64,000 bases of DNA from Escherichia phage vB_EcoA_4HA11: the sequence record MN445184. One strand, 5' to 3'. How positions within the stretch are numbered: position 1 is the first letter of the stretch; every line of letters starts with the position of its first letter. The notes under the pieces were generated by a model that saw only the letters and a list, made by a program, of their open reading frames with translations, did not search any database and was not told where the DNA came from. This document shows, in pieces, positions 46,484 through 56,414 of the stretch. The translations under genes were made by a program, and so were the position numbers.

Positions 46484-48109
46484 ATGGGTTTCAATATGTT
46501 AGACAACTTGCGTTGGTTTTACGGGCGCGTTGAAGACGTGAATGATCCCGATCAAAACGGGCGCGTCGCAGTACGCATCTATGGGGTACACACGGAGGAT
46601 ACCACTCTCCTGCCTACAGAATTATTGCCTTGGGGTAAAATGCTTATGCCAGCATCTAACGCCTCCTCGGCAGGTTTAGGCTGGTCTCCGACGGGTATCA
46701 CTGTCGGCTCTGACGTTATGGGGTTTGCTTTGGATGAAGCATATCAGAACATCCGTATTGCATGGGTATGGCCAGCAGCAACACCAACAGATGGGTCAGA
46801 TACAAACCCATTGGCGCTGGGTCAGGTCGTTCAATCTATAGAAAGACAGAAGTATAATGCCGTCGAGAATGTTCCTGTTAAGATTGAGGATGAACCACAA
46901 CCGGATCCACAACCACCAGTAGACGGATATGATCCTGAGAAGTGGATGACCGTGGCTCGTGGGGAATTGGGTGTCAAAGAATATTCTGGTAAGTTCAATA
47001 ACAACCCAAGGATATTGGAATATCATAAGACAACTTCCCTGGGGGCGTCAGAAGATGAAGTTAGTTGGTGTGCGTCGTTTGTCGGATGGGTTCTGATACA
47101 GGCCGGATATACATCAACACGTTCTGCTTTGGCTCGTTCATATTTACAATGGGGGTCTCCTCTGTCAGAACCACGTTACGGCGCTGTTGTAGTGTTCCGG
47201 CGCGGGAACAACCCGACATTCGGTCACGTTGCATTCGTTCAGAAATTTGACGCCAACTACGTTTGGTGTATCGGGGGAAACCAATCCGATTCTGTGAAGG
47301 TGAGCCGTTTTAGCCGCTCATCCGTGTTGGGTTATCGTTGGCCAGGTCCAGCAACTACAGCTTCAGCAGCTCCGGCACAACAAAACGGTAAATGGTCTGA
47401 ACCTATTCCAGATCGTACCCCGAAAGTCCAAGAAACACCGCCTCCTTCTGGTCGTGTTCAGGATATTGACAACACAGGAGAGGTATCGGTTCCTTCGGCT
47501 GGAGGGTCTCGTTATCCATACAACAATGTTATGGCTTCTCGAGCTGGGCATATTATGGAGGTCGATGACACTCCAGGCGGGGAACGTTTGCATTGGATGC
47601 ACTCTTCTGGGTCTTACAAGCAAATGCTTCCTGACGGTGATGTTGTTAATAAATCAGTCAAAGATCATTATGACCTGACGATGTTCGACAAACGTTATTA
47701 TGTGGGGGGTGATCATAACCTGACAATTGGTGGGACTGAAGTACAGCGCAAGAAAGGAGAAGTTTACCACTTACACTCTTCTAACTATTCCAATGTGGTC
47801 GCTGGAACAGCGTTGATGAAATTTTCCCAATTGGCTGAGATACAGGCACAGAACGTGTTGCGTCTCATCTGTGAAATGTTGGAAGTTTCCAATACTTTGA
47901 AAGTGCCTAAAATACTGGCTAGTGAAATAGTTTGTGATAAGTTGTCGGTGGCGCAGACTATTGAAGGCAACATCAAATATGCTGAAGGCGCTGGCCGCGC
48001 CGCCTCACGTGCGGGGGCAACTCCTGTAACAACTACAGGCCCAGGTCCAATTGATATAAAACCGGAGTTAGAGGATAACGGCGGCAATTTTGGTGGTAAA
48101 GGCGCATGA
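46484..48109 (+). CDS. gp5-like baseplate central spike with NlpC/P60-CHAP-like peptidase domain
   Basis: N-terminal VNDPDQNGRVAVRIYGVH (gp5 OB-domain-like); central WCASFVGWV and GHVAFV (Cys/His peptidase motifs); Gly-rich C-terminus. Confidence 0.6.
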   Translation: MGFNMLDNLRWFYGRVEDVNDPDQNGRVAVRIYGVHTEDTTLLPTELLPWGKMLMPASNASSAGLGWSPTGITVGSDVMGFALDEAYQNIRIAWVWPAATPTDGSDTNPLALGQVVQSIERQKYNAVENVPVKIEDEPQPDPQPPVDGYDPEKWMTVARGELGVKEYSGKFNNNPRILEYHKTTSLGASEDEVSWCASFVGWVLIQAGYTSTRSALARSYLQWGSPLSEPRYGAVVVFRRGNNPTFGHVAFVQKFDANYVWCIGGNQSDSVKVSRFSRSSVLGYRWPGPATTASAAPAQQNGKWSEPIPDRTPKVQETPPPSGRVQDIDNTGEVSVPSAGGSRYPYNNVMASRAGHIMEVDDTPGGERLHWMHSSGSYKQMLPDGDVVNKSVKDHYDLTMFDKRYYVGGDHNLTIGGTEVQRKKGEVYHLHSSNYSNVVAGTALMKFSQLAEIQAQNVLRLICEMLEVSNTLKVPKILASEIVCDKLSVAQTIEGNIKYAEGAGRAASRAGATPVTTTGPGPIDIKPELEDNGGNFGGKGA

Positions 48110-48173
48110 TTACACTGGTGAGGGCAGATAATGCCCTCTCGTGCTGGAGAGGCAATATCCAAAGGGGTTTAAC

Positions 48174-48554
48174 ATGAAAGAGTACAAGGACATTGACCTG
48201 AAGTTTGGCATGCATCCGGTCACCAAAGATGTCACTAAGAAAACAGGCATTTATGCTGTACTACAATCTGTGCGTAATATAGTGATGGCGACGGTAGGTG
48301 ATTGGCCGACGTATCCGAGTATTGGGGCGGGGTTGTATACCATGCTGGGAGAAAATACAAATCCCACGATACAGGTCGACGTGAAGAACAAAGTTGAAGA
48401 TGCCATTGCTCTTTTTGAGCCAAGAGCTGAATTGCAATCTGTTGATGTATCATTGTCGGACGATTATCATTCTCTGGGCGTAACCATCACGTTCTATGTG
48501 GTCAACAACCCAGAGCCGATAACAGACACCATATGGTTGAAACGGACAAATTGA
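48174..48554 (+). CDS. gp25-like baseplate wedge protein
   Basis: ATG 48174 after AAGGGG; size and pattern of gp25/lysozyme-like baseplate protein. Confidence 0.55.
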   Translation: MKEYKDIDLKFGMHPVTKDVTKKTGIYAVLQSVRNIVMATVGDWPTYPSIGAGLYTMLGENTNPTIQVDVKNKVEDAIALFEPRAELQSVDVSLSDDYHSLGVTITFYVVNNPEPITDTIWLKRTN

Positions 48555-48893
48555 TTAAAGAACGTCCGTGGCAGAGCATTTTGTCACCAACTCAAAATGA
48601 GTTAATAAACGATATAATATTTTCCCACCCGTTCTGTGGACTATGGTGGTTGGTTTCAGATTAACCACCATACCGTCCAGATTACCTGTCAACACAAATG
48701 TCAGACGGATGCGTAAGACGTTGGTGCCTTCAGAACGCATTATTTGGCAGTCATGGCTATATCCTATTTGCTTTCCCTTTAGAACCAGAGGGATACGGAC
48801 ATTTTCCTTTAACAGAATATCCAAATTTTCAAATAATGGACCTTCCTTTTTGTGAACAGAGTACACTGTTTCTAATATCGGGAATTTGTACAT
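48555..48893 (-). CDS. hypothetical protein
   Basis: 112-aa ORF. Confidence 0.35.
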   Translation of the reverse strand: MYKFPILETVYSVHKKEGPLFENLDILLKENVRIPLVLKGKQIGYSHDCQIMRSEGTNVLRIRLTFVLTGNLDGMVVNLKPTTIVHRTGGKILYRLLTHFELVTKCSATDVL

Positions 48894-48894
48894 A

Positions 48895-49356
48895 TCACGG
48901 CACCAAAGTAATGACGATCATATTGAGTACTGTATCAACCGCGACACCAGAATCTTCTTCATGGATAGTTGATGCACGTAAATGAATGTCAGAAATATAA
49001 TTGTCTATATGCATCGACGTCAAATAAGGACGGTGTTGATACACAGGACGGTTGACCTGAACATATTCACGCAGAATGCTGAATGAAAAGTCTTCACATT
49101 GAGTGGTGTCAATGCGCAAAAATCTTTGAGCATGGCAGGTCTTTAACTCGGTCACTTTCCCCAAATAATGGAGGTCTCCGGATGAACCGATGCGGAACAT
49201 CACGTCTACTTCAGATTTGAAAATTTCGCGTTCAATAAGAGTCGCTGGTGCCCAACAAACTTCTTCCTTGTCTTCTGGGAATAACGTATCGATCACTTCA
49301 GGCAATTGGATGTAACCGAAGTTGTGACGAGGGTTGGTGAGTAATTTGTTGGACAT
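48895..49356 (-). CDS. hypothetical protein
   Basis: 153-aa ORF. Confidence 0.4.
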   Translation of the reverse strand: MSNKLLTNPRHNFGYIQLPEVIDTLFPEDKEEVCWAPATLIEREIFKSEVDVMFRIGSSGDLHYLGKVTELKTCHAQRFLRIDTTQCEDFSFSILREYVQVNRPVYQHRPYLTSMHIDNYISDIHLRASTIHEEDSGVAVDTVLNMIVITLVP

Positions 49357-49357
49357 G

Positions 49358-49612
49358 TTATGCTCCTATTACGTGCTGTTTGGCTTGTTCATAGGCTGTG
49401 CGGAGTTCAAGATAAGAATCTGCCAACAACGGTGATTTGTCGTTTTTCCGATTCATGATTATTTGGTGGTTAACGACAGCACGGCGTAATCTGAGTTCTG
49501 CCACCCAGAATGCTTTTTGTTTTGCGTGTCCTGGACGGGCGCGTAGGTCGTGATAATGCATAGAAGCATGATATATTTCAGAGTTGGTCATGATATAGTT
49601 CCTGCTATTCAA
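49358..49612 (-). CDS. hypothetical protein
   Basis: 84-aa ORF. Confidence 0.4.
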   Translation of the reverse strand: MNSRNYIMTNSEIYHASMHYHDLRARPGHAKQKAFWVAELRLRRAVVNHQIIMNRKNDKSPLLADSYLELRTAYEQAKQHVIGA

Positions 49613-49642
49613 TTTGTGGCGTTTGCCAATAAATTACTGGGA

Positions 49643-49691
49643 AGTATAGGCGGAAAGGTTTCAAAAGTAAAGCCCCTCATTGAGGGGCTTT
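49643..49691 (-). promoter_or_regulatory. terminator-promoter cassette: hairpin AAAGCCCCTCATTGAGGGGCTTT overlapping -35 CTTTAC, then TATACT -10
   Basis: minus strand GGGGCTTTACTTTTGAAACCTTTCCGCCTATACT. Confidence 0.45.
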
Positions 49692-49697
49692 GAAAGA

Positions 49698-49922
49698 TCA
49701 GCGTTTCAAACTTGCGGCGAGTCCAGTAACGTCGGTCACGGTTTGATCAGCCAGGACAATCACGGGCATAGACATGCGCTGTTTACCAGTGATTTTCTGT
49801 AATTCTTCCAGCTTGTAATCTTTATCAAGTTTCAGAATCTTATGTTCAATACCGCGAATGCGACAGATGTTTTCAGCTTGTAAACATTGCGCACAACCTT
49901 GTTTGGAATAAATCGTAATCAT
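49698..49922 (-). CDS. glutaredoxin/NrdH-like redoxin
   Basis: 74 aa, CAQC active-site motif, next to nrdAB. Confidence 0.6.
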   Translation of the reverse strand: MITIYSKQGCAQCLQAENICRIRGIEHKILKLDKDYKLEELQKITGKQRMSMPVIVLADQTVTDVTGLAASLKR

Positions 49923-49931
49923 TTCTCACCT

Positions 49932-51035
49932 TTAGGCAAATTTCAGACCGTCGGAGACTGATCCAGTAAGGACACCAGTCAGATAATCAGGGGCTTCCGC
50001 TTCCTGTAATGCATATTGCATTGTTTTATTATCTAGCCACTCATTTATCCATGGCACCGGATTGTCTTTACGGGCTTGTCCTGGATATGGGTGGCCAATA
50101 GCTCCCATACGGTGTGTTGCCAACCAGTCCACCATTTGATGAAGGATATTTGCATTCAGTCCCAGCATTGAGCCGTCTTTGAACAGATAATTCGCCCATT
50201 CTTTTTCTTGGTTGACAACGTCGACATACATCTGGGTCATTTCGCCGCGCAGTTCTTCTCTAATAATGGCAAAATCAGGGTCCATCAGTGGCAGACGGTT
50301 CAGGAAAGTCTGGGTCAGGATGAGGTGATCTTGCTCATCACGAGCAATCTGACGGATGATTTTAGCGTTGCCTTCCATTTTGTTGAGGAATTGCATGAAT
50401 GCCCAAGAACACGCAAATGAAACATAGAAACGGACGCCTTCGAGGGAGTTGGCGGCAAACAGAGCACGCCAGAATGCACGCTTGGCGTTCATGATGTCTT
50501 CACGGGTGAACGCGCGTCCAGCCATACGCATCCCGCTGTAACGCACCATGTCGTCGTAGTATACGCTGATCTGTCCGGCGCAATCGACGATCTCCTGAAC
50601 GTCCAGAACATGGTCAAAAACGATACCAGGATCATTCACTGTGTTACGAAGGATATGCGTGTAAGATAGTGAGTGGATGGCTTCTTGGCGCGTCCACTCC
50701 AGAATAGCAAATTGCGCTTCTGGTGTTGATGCCCATGGGCCAAACGCTTCGAACGGAGCAGCACCCTGGATAGAATCCAGCATGGTCTGTCGTTTCAGGT
50801 TGCTGAAGTAGATGTGTTGTTCCGCAGCGGATAGAGTGGCAAAGTCTGCTTTGTCTTTGGTGACATCCACTTCTTCCGGACGCCAGAATTGGCTGAGGCC
50901 TTTTTCATACCATTTTTGAACAAAAGGCCAAGCCACTTTGTCATAACGCTGGATACTTACAGGGTCGCCAAAGAATGGCAGTCCTGTATTATTTGAAGAT
51001 GGATCGAATACTGAGAATTGCTTTTGTTCGTTCAT
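49932..51035 (-). CDS. nrdB: ribonucleotide reductase class Ia small subunit
   Basis: 367 aa; di-iron helix pattern; immediately downstream of nrdA. Confidence 0.85.
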   Translation of the reverse strand: MNEQKQFSVFDPSSNNTGLPFFGDPVSIQRYDKVAWPFVQKWYEKGLSQFWRPEEVDVTKDKADFATLSAAEQHIYFSNLKRQTMLDSIQGAAPFEAFGPWASTPEAQFAILEWTRQEAIHSLSYTHILRNTVNDPGIVFDHVLDVQEIVDCAGQISVYYDDMVRYSGMRMAGRAFTREDIMNAKRAFWRALFAANSLEGVRFYVSFACSWAFMQFLNKMEGNAKIIRQIARDEQDHLILTQTFLNRLPLMDPDFAIIREELRGEMTQMYVDVVNQEKEWANYLFKDGSMLGLNANILHQMVDWLATHRMGAIGHPYPGQARKDNPVPWINEWLDNKTMQYALQEAEAPDYLTGVLTGSVSDGLKFA

Positions 51036-51105
51036 GTTTCTTTCCTGATGAATAAGGGGTGACGAATCACCCCTGATATTAAACGTTTGTGTTGTATAGA
51101 CCTAA

Positions 51106-53382
51106 TCAAACAACACAGGTATCACAAATTTCTTCAACTTGTTTCAACTCTTCATCTTCCTTGGAGTCTTTGTTGGTGTTGTAATACAGAGTTTTACCAC
51201 CCCACATGTAGAAAGACAGAATATCCTGCATCATAAGAGAGCGCGGGATCTTGCCTTCTGGATATTTCTCTGGGTCATACCATGTGTTGGTGCTGATAGA
51301 TTGATCTACCCAACGTTGTATGACCGCAGCCGTCTTCAGGTATTCAATACAATCCAGATTCCATTTCAGGTCATATAGAGGACCAAGGGTTTCTACATCC
51401 GGAACGATCTGTTTATAGACGCCGTCCTTGCTGCCTTTGATGCTGATGAGACCTTTTGGTGGCTCTATACCGTTCGTTGCGTTCAGCACCTGAGAGGAGC
51501 TTTCAGTTGGTGCTACGGCTAACAACGTGGCGTTACGGATCCCATACTCGGATAGGTTCTGCTTAAGACCTTCCCAGTCAAGACCATAGGCTTGCCCAAC
51601 AGGCTTTTTGCCATTGGGTAGGATGTCCAGCGGGAGAGGCTGAAGGTCGGCTGTTACAAATCCGGAATCATGGATAGTTGATTTCTTACAAGATCCGAAA
51701 CGCATGGCCAGACGGTTGGACGCTTTGACCAAGTAGAAATGAAGATGCGCCATCCACTTGTCTAGAAGTTCTAATCCGATAGGCGATCCATAACCCGTGA
51801 AATTCTTGGCCAGGAAATGTGCGACGTTGACGATACCGATACCCAGAGGACGATATTCTTCTACGGCCAAACGGGCTTGGCGAGCTGGGTAGTCCTGATA
51901 TTCCAACAACATATCCAAAGCTGAAACCAGAACGAAAGCAACATCTTCCATTTCTGTTGGATCTTCAAATGCCGTCAGGTTAAATGATGCGAGTGTACAC
52001 AGGGCAATGCGACCATCTTCATCATCATACTGTTGGAACTCACGAGTCGGGAGCGCGATTTCTAAACACAGATTAGAGCTATAAATCGTGTCCAAATTGA
52101 ACGGACTATACTCGTTCATGTGATCAACGAATGCGATGTAGATCCGTCCAGTGTCAGAACGCTGGTCTAGTAGCATTTGGAACACTTCTTCAGCTTGCAG
52201 CTTTTTGGAACGACAAAATCCGGCGTCGGCGGCCTTGATCATATTGTCGTACATTTCGCGGAATTTATTGACGTCTGCGAAAAATGCTTCATACATTTCG
52301 CGGTTGTCTTTTGGATCAAACAGGTATAGAGGCTGTTTGTTCACCAGGCGCTCGAACATGACGCGGTTAATCTGAATCCCATAGTCGATACGACGTTCAC
52401 GGTTCTCTTCCAATCCACGGTTGTTTTTGAGAACAACGACATCATCAAATTGATAATGCCAGATGGGAACATAGCATGTTGCCGATCCACCACGGATACC
52501 GCCTTGAGAGCAAGACTTCAGGGCACCAGTCAAATACTTGATGAATGGAACCAGACCTGTATGGACCATTTCTCCTTTACGGATAGGGCTACCGATGCCA
52601 CGAATTGCCCCAACATCGAATCCGATGCCAGCACGTTTGGAAACATAATCCACGATGCTTTTCGCAGTGGCATTAATTGAGTCCAATGTGTCACCAGTTT
52701 TGATCAATACACAAGAGCTGAACTGTCGGGTCGGGGTGCGGACGCCGGACATAATAGGTGTTGGAAGACTGAATTTGCCTGTACTGGCGTATTCATAGAA
52801 CTTCTTCACCATTGTCAGTCTGCTTTCTTTATCCCACGCTGAGAATAATGCCATAGCGATTGCCATGTACATGACTTGAGGGGTTTCATAATACACTTTG
52901 CTGTCAGAAGAACGATCACGCAAAAGATATTTTTGAGTCAGCTGGCCCATTGCTGCCCAAGTGAAATTCTTGTCGCGTTTGTGGTTGATGACTGTGTTAA
53001 GTTCTTCGAATTCTTCTTTAGAGTAAAGTTCGAGGAATTCGCGGTCATAAACACCCAGCTTGGTGTTCTTTGCAAAGATATCCAGCAAATGAGGTGGCTT
53101 GTACTGACCATAGACAACCTTGCGCAGGTCATACGACTTCAGGCGGGCAGCAACATATTGATAGTTGGGTTTATCAACAGAAATTAAGGTGGCCGCAGCT
53201 TGGATAATGATATCCTGAATGCGTTCGGTTTTCATGTTATCGGTGAATTGGATCTTCGATGCAGCTTCCACCTCAGACACCGATACTCCTTCAAGGCCGT
53301 CACATGCTCGTTCAATAACGGTATGGAGTTTTTCAATGTCAAAGGGGACAGAAGATCCGTCCCGCTTTATGATGTTAATCAT
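51106..53382 (-). CDS. nrdA: ribonucleotide reductase class Ia large subunit
   Basis: ATP-cone N-terminus MINIIKRDGSSVPFDIEKL; ATG 53382 after GAGGA. Confidence 0.9.
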   Translation of the reverse strand: MINIIKRDGSSVPFDIEKLHTVIERACDGLEGVSVSEVEAASKIQFTDNMKTERIQDIIIQAAATLISVDKPNYQYVAARLKSYDLRKVVYGQYKPPHLLDIFAKNTKLGVYDREFLELYSKEEFEELNTVINHKRDKNFTWAAMGQLTQKYLLRDRSSDSKVYYETPQVMYMAIAMALFSAWDKESRLTMVKKFYEYASTGKFSLPTPIMSGVRTPTRQFSSCVLIKTGDTLDSINATAKSIVDYVSKRAGIGFDVGAIRGIGSPIRKGEMVHTGLVPFIKYLTGALKSCSQGGIRGGSATCYVPIWHYQFDDVVVLKNNRGLEENRERRIDYGIQINRVMFERLVNKQPLYLFDPKDNREMYEAFFADVNKFREMYDNMIKAADAGFCRSKKLQAEEVFQMLLDQRSDTGRIYIAFVDHMNEYSPFNLDTIYSSNLCLEIALPTREFQQYDDEDGRIALCTLASFNLTAFEDPTEMEDVAFVLVSALDMLLEYQDYPARQARLAVEEYRPLGIGIVNVAHFLAKNFTGYGSPIGLELLDKWMAHLHFYLVKASNRLAMRFGSCKKSTIHDSGFVTADLQPLPLDILPNGKKPVGQAYGLDWEGLKQNLSEYGIRNATLLAVAPTESSSQVLNATNGIEPPKGLISIKGSKDGVYKQIVPDVETLGPLYDLKWNLDCIEYLKTAAVIQRWVDQSISTNTWYDPEKYPEGKIPRSLMMQDILSFYMWGGKTLYYNTNKDSKEDEELKQVEEICDTCVV

Positions 53383-53466
53383 AGCGATCCTCGGTTTGTG
53401 TTTATGCAGGCTGTTATTATACGCCGCCTCCATGGATTGAAGGCGGCGGGGAAGTTCGTGTGGTAT

Positions 53467-54342
53467 TTAAATGTTGTACAGGTCGTTAATTTCTAACATC
53501 AGGCGGGTGAAGTTGCCGCGACCATTACGATCAGACTTATCGAATTCGATGATGCTGAATGGTTGAACCCACTCTGGATATTCATCCCCGATTTCTACAC
53601 CGTCAATTTGCAAGGAACCTGTTTCCAGCTTGTTGTTGAAGTCTTTAAAGGAATCCACATACGTCTGTAACGCACTATCACGCAGTCGCTTGTTAGACTG
53701 TTTGATATCTCCATTCACGAAGATGTACGAAGAATCTGAAGCACGGGTCAGTAAGTTCTTCAGCTGCTCCATATCGCATTCCTGCGCCTCTTCGATAATC
53801 AGGAAACAATCATCGAAAGTCATCCCTTTTACAGTTTCAAGGTCTTGAATTTCTATGATGCGTTTCTCCCACAGATAGTTGAAGAAACCGTCGGAACCCG
53901 TATCTGTTTTGAGAACCTTTTTGAATGTCTGTATGAGCGGCATCAAATAAGGCATCAGCTTTTCATATGTGTCACCAGGCCGGAACCCTGCTGTGGTGCC
54001 AGTTGGAAGGGGAGAACGCGTGATGATAATCTTGTTGATGGTTTTGTCAATCAGATGTTTTGCTGCAGCAGATGCACCACAATAGGATTTGCCTGTACCT
54101 GCCGGACCGATAGCGATAGTGAGATGTTCATTGAGTGCGGATTGATATGCGAGGTTCTGATTTTCTGAGAGGCCATTGAACGGAGCAATTTTGAAATCGC
54201 CTTTGGAAAACTTCATCCAGTCTTCTTCCTTCTGGATGGTGTCTTTCTTACGAGCAGATTTTGTCTTCGCTGGCTTCATGGATACAACTTTAGACGCAGA
54301 TTGCATGTTGAACCTTCCTATATCTACAGGGGTTGTCGACAC
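53467..54342 (-). CDS. phoH: PhoH-like ATPase
   Basis: Walker A GPAGTGKS and PhoH-like layout. Confidence 0.75.
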   Translation of the reverse strand: MSTTPVDIGRFNMQSASKVVSMKPAKTKSARKKDTIQKEEDWMKFSKGDFKIAPFNGLSENQNLAYQSALNEHLTIAIGPAGTGKSYCGASAAAKHLIDKTINKIIITRSPLPTGTTAGFRPGDTYEKLMPYLMPLIQTFKKVLKTDTGSDGFFNYLWEKRIIEIQDLETVKGMTFDDCFLIIEEAQECDMEQLKNLLTRASDSSYIFVNGDIKQSNKRLRDSALQTYVDSFKDFNNKLETGSLQIDGVEIGDEYPEWVQPFSIIEFDKSDRNGRGNFTRLMLEINDLYNI

Positions 54343-54390
54343 CTTTAATTAAGCGACACGCCCAGCATACCTGTATATCAGATAAAGAAA

Positions 54391-54408
54391 AAGGCCGTTT
54401 CCGGCCTT
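54391..54408 (-). terminator. intrinsic terminator after endolysin gene (hairpin AAGGCCGGAAACGGCCTT + TTTCTTT on minus strand)
   Basis: perfect hairpin with U-rich tail. Confidence 0.6.
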
Positions 54409-54413
54409 GAGAA

Positions 54414-55208
54414 TTAGCAGAAACTCTTGTATGCTGCCGCCAGTTTAGTATCATACTGGTTTTTCGCATATGCCGGACCATTGTACCGACGAGCAAACTC
54501 GGCCCAATTCTTATTCTTCAGGGCTTTCCACATATTGGCGTCAGCTTTGATGAATTTCACAAATGCCAGAAGATGAGCGCGTTCACCAGTCAGGAAATCA
54601 GTGAACATCTCTTTGGCATTTGAATAGCCACAGATTTGGCAGTTGAACCCCATGATCTGGAATAGGCCGTAGGAAGCACTCTCGTAAGCGCAGTCCTCGT
54701 CAAGGGCGATTGCACCCTGAAGGCGTTCCAACTCCGCGTCTCCGCCGATATACCCGCCAGAATTGGGGTTAACCAATGTTGGGTAGAGTTGGTACAGAGC
54801 ATTGGCTCTTGCTTGCCCGAATTTGGCCGTCACCTTTTTGTACATGATGTGGCGCTCAAACAGAGTTTTGATCTTGCCAGTTTTGGTAAAACCCGTGCCA
54901 CGGGATTCTACCTGATTCACAGCTTTCATACTGGCCAGCTCAACACCAAGTTCACGTGCTGCGTCAACCAAGTCCGCTTCGGTCAGATGTTCCTGGTGAG
55001 CGTCTCCAGCGTTGCGGATAGCATAGAAGGTCTTTGGCCCAGCAATACCATCAATAACCAATCCAGCACCTGCCTGAACGGATTTGACGGCATTCTCTGT
55101 TGCCTTACCAAATATGCCATCGGCTGTAAGAGAGAAACCGATTTTGTTGAGGCTTTGTTGAAGTGCTTTGACTTCAGAACCTCGGTTGCCAAGTTTTAGA
55201 ATGGCCAT
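54414..55208 (-). CDS. endolysin: N-terminal peptidoglycan-binding domain plus N-acetylmuramidase-like catalytic domain
   Basis: ATG 55208 after GGAGG; PG_binding_1-like LKLGNRGSEVKALQQSL..DGIFG; C-terminal GLFQIMGFN. Confidence 0.6.
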   Translation of the reverse strand: MAILKLGNRGSEVKALQQSLNKIGFSLTADGIFGKATENAVKSVQAGAGLVIDGIAGPKTFYAIRNAGDAHQEHLTEADLVDAARELGVELASMKAVNQVESRGTGFTKTGKIKTLFERHIMYKKVTAKFGQARANALYQLYPTLVNPNSGGYIGGDAELERLQGAIALDEDCAYESASYGLFQIMGFNCQICGYSNAKEMFTDFLTGERAHLLAFVKFIKADANMWKALKNKNWAEFARRYNGPAYAKNQYDTKLAAAYKSFC

Positions 55209-55277
55209 AAGAAAATACCTCCGCAATGTATGCGAAGGTATTTAAAGTGAAAGTCGAACTTGAGGATTTAGTGTCGA

Positions 55278-55466
55278 TTATCTGACTACGACGATAGGCA
55301 TGATTTCTTTGAAGGAAGTCCTAACTTCGGAATCATACCCATATTTTTCAAATATTTTCAACATCGCTTGTTCCAGTTCCTCTTGGAACTGAGGAAAGTG
55401 CGCGTTGGGAATTCGGTCGGCAACCCATAGAGCGCCAGGAGAGGCTTGGATAATTGCTCTACTCAT
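55278..55466 (-). CDS. hypothetical protein
   Basis: 62-aa ORF. Confidence 0.35.
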   Translation of the reverse strand: MSRAIIQASPGALWVADRIPNAHFPQFQEELEQAMLKIFEKYGYDSEVRTSFKEIMPIVVVR

Positions 55467-55516
55467 GTCTCATTCTCCTACCAAAACTTTGAAAGGGGGA
55501 GGTTTCCCCCTTGCGG

Positions 55517-56005
55517 TTAAGCCAGTTTGTTCACCAGAGTTTCTACTGCGTCGGCGCTCAGTTTACCCATTTTGACATACTGGGATTTCGCTTCACCGCC
55601 AGCGGCTTTCACGATATCGCTGTTGTCATAACCCTTTTTCGGGAATACCATCACGGAGAAGGTTCCGTTGTTCAGCGGGTTCAGCTGAATGCGACCTTTA
55701 CCGACTACGATGGTGCCGTAAGTTTCGGTGTTCGCTTCGACAACGTGGATGTCATGGCCCAGGTCTTTCAGCATGCCAACCTTGTCAGCAGTCTTGGCAA
55801 CCACGGCTTTGTCTACGACAACCTGCTCTACCAGGGTGAAGCCGTTGGTCGCTTTCACTTTGCCGTTCAGCAGATTCATGAAGGAAGTTTTGCCACCAGT
55901 GAAGCCAGCTGCCTGAGCGATGCGGAACATTTCAACTTTTGCAACTTCGGTGTTCAGTTCAAAAGAGATGGTGCCGTTGGTGATCAGAGTTTTGGTAGTA
56001 GCCAT
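55517..56005 (-). CDS. hypothetical protein, likely abundant early protein
   Basis: ATG 56005 after GAGGAA; near-consensus promoter and leader hairpin upstream. Confidence 0.5.
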   Translation of the reverse strand: MATTKTLITNGTISFELNTEVAKVEMFRIAQAAGFTGGKTSFMNLLNGKVKATNGFTLVEQVVVDKAVVAKTADKVGMLKDLGHDIHVVEANTETYGTIVVGKGRIQLNPLNNGTFSVMVFPKKGYDNSDIVKAAGGEAKSQYVKMGKLSADAVETLVNKLA

Positions 56006-56082
56006 GATGTAATTCCTCATAATGTAGTTGGGTCGTTTCACTTTTCATTCGGCGGGGTGTTGTGTACCGCCCTATGTGAACT

Positions 56083-56112
56083 ATAATAGTGCATGATTAT
56101 TGAAGAGTAAAG
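56083..56112 (-). promoter_or_regulatory. early-type promoter CTTTAC-N18-TATTAT
   Basis: minus strand CTTTACTCTTCAATAATCATGCACTATTAT; GC hairpin (about 56051-56072) in leader. Confidence 0.45.
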
Positions 56113-56204
56113 TCTTTTTCAATAAATTTTTAAATTATTTTTGAAGTATTTTAAAAGGCCTCGTAGAATGAGGCCTAGAGAGAAGGTTTTTGAGTTAAAA
56201 AGTT

Positions 56205-56414
56205 TTAGGTCGGCTTCTTTTTCAAATACTGGCGAGCCAAATCCATTTGTTCTTCAGTGATAGGACAACCGCCGAAGTCCACCATTCCATTCCTCCAACC
56301 ATGGATGAAACTCTTAGATTCTAAGCCAGATAGGACATATCCTTCACGGGCTTGCATATACCCGCGAAGAATCTCTTCATCGTCCATACTATTCAGTTCT
56401 TTCAAATCCATCAT
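56205..56414 (-). CDS. hypothetical protein
   Basis: 69-aa ORF with 4-nt overlap to primase gene; hairpin at about 56155-56178 downstream. Confidence 0.4.
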   Translation of the reverse strand: MMDLKELNSMDDEEILRGYMQAREGYVLSGLESKSFIHGWRNGMVDFGGCPITEEQMDLARQYLKKKPT

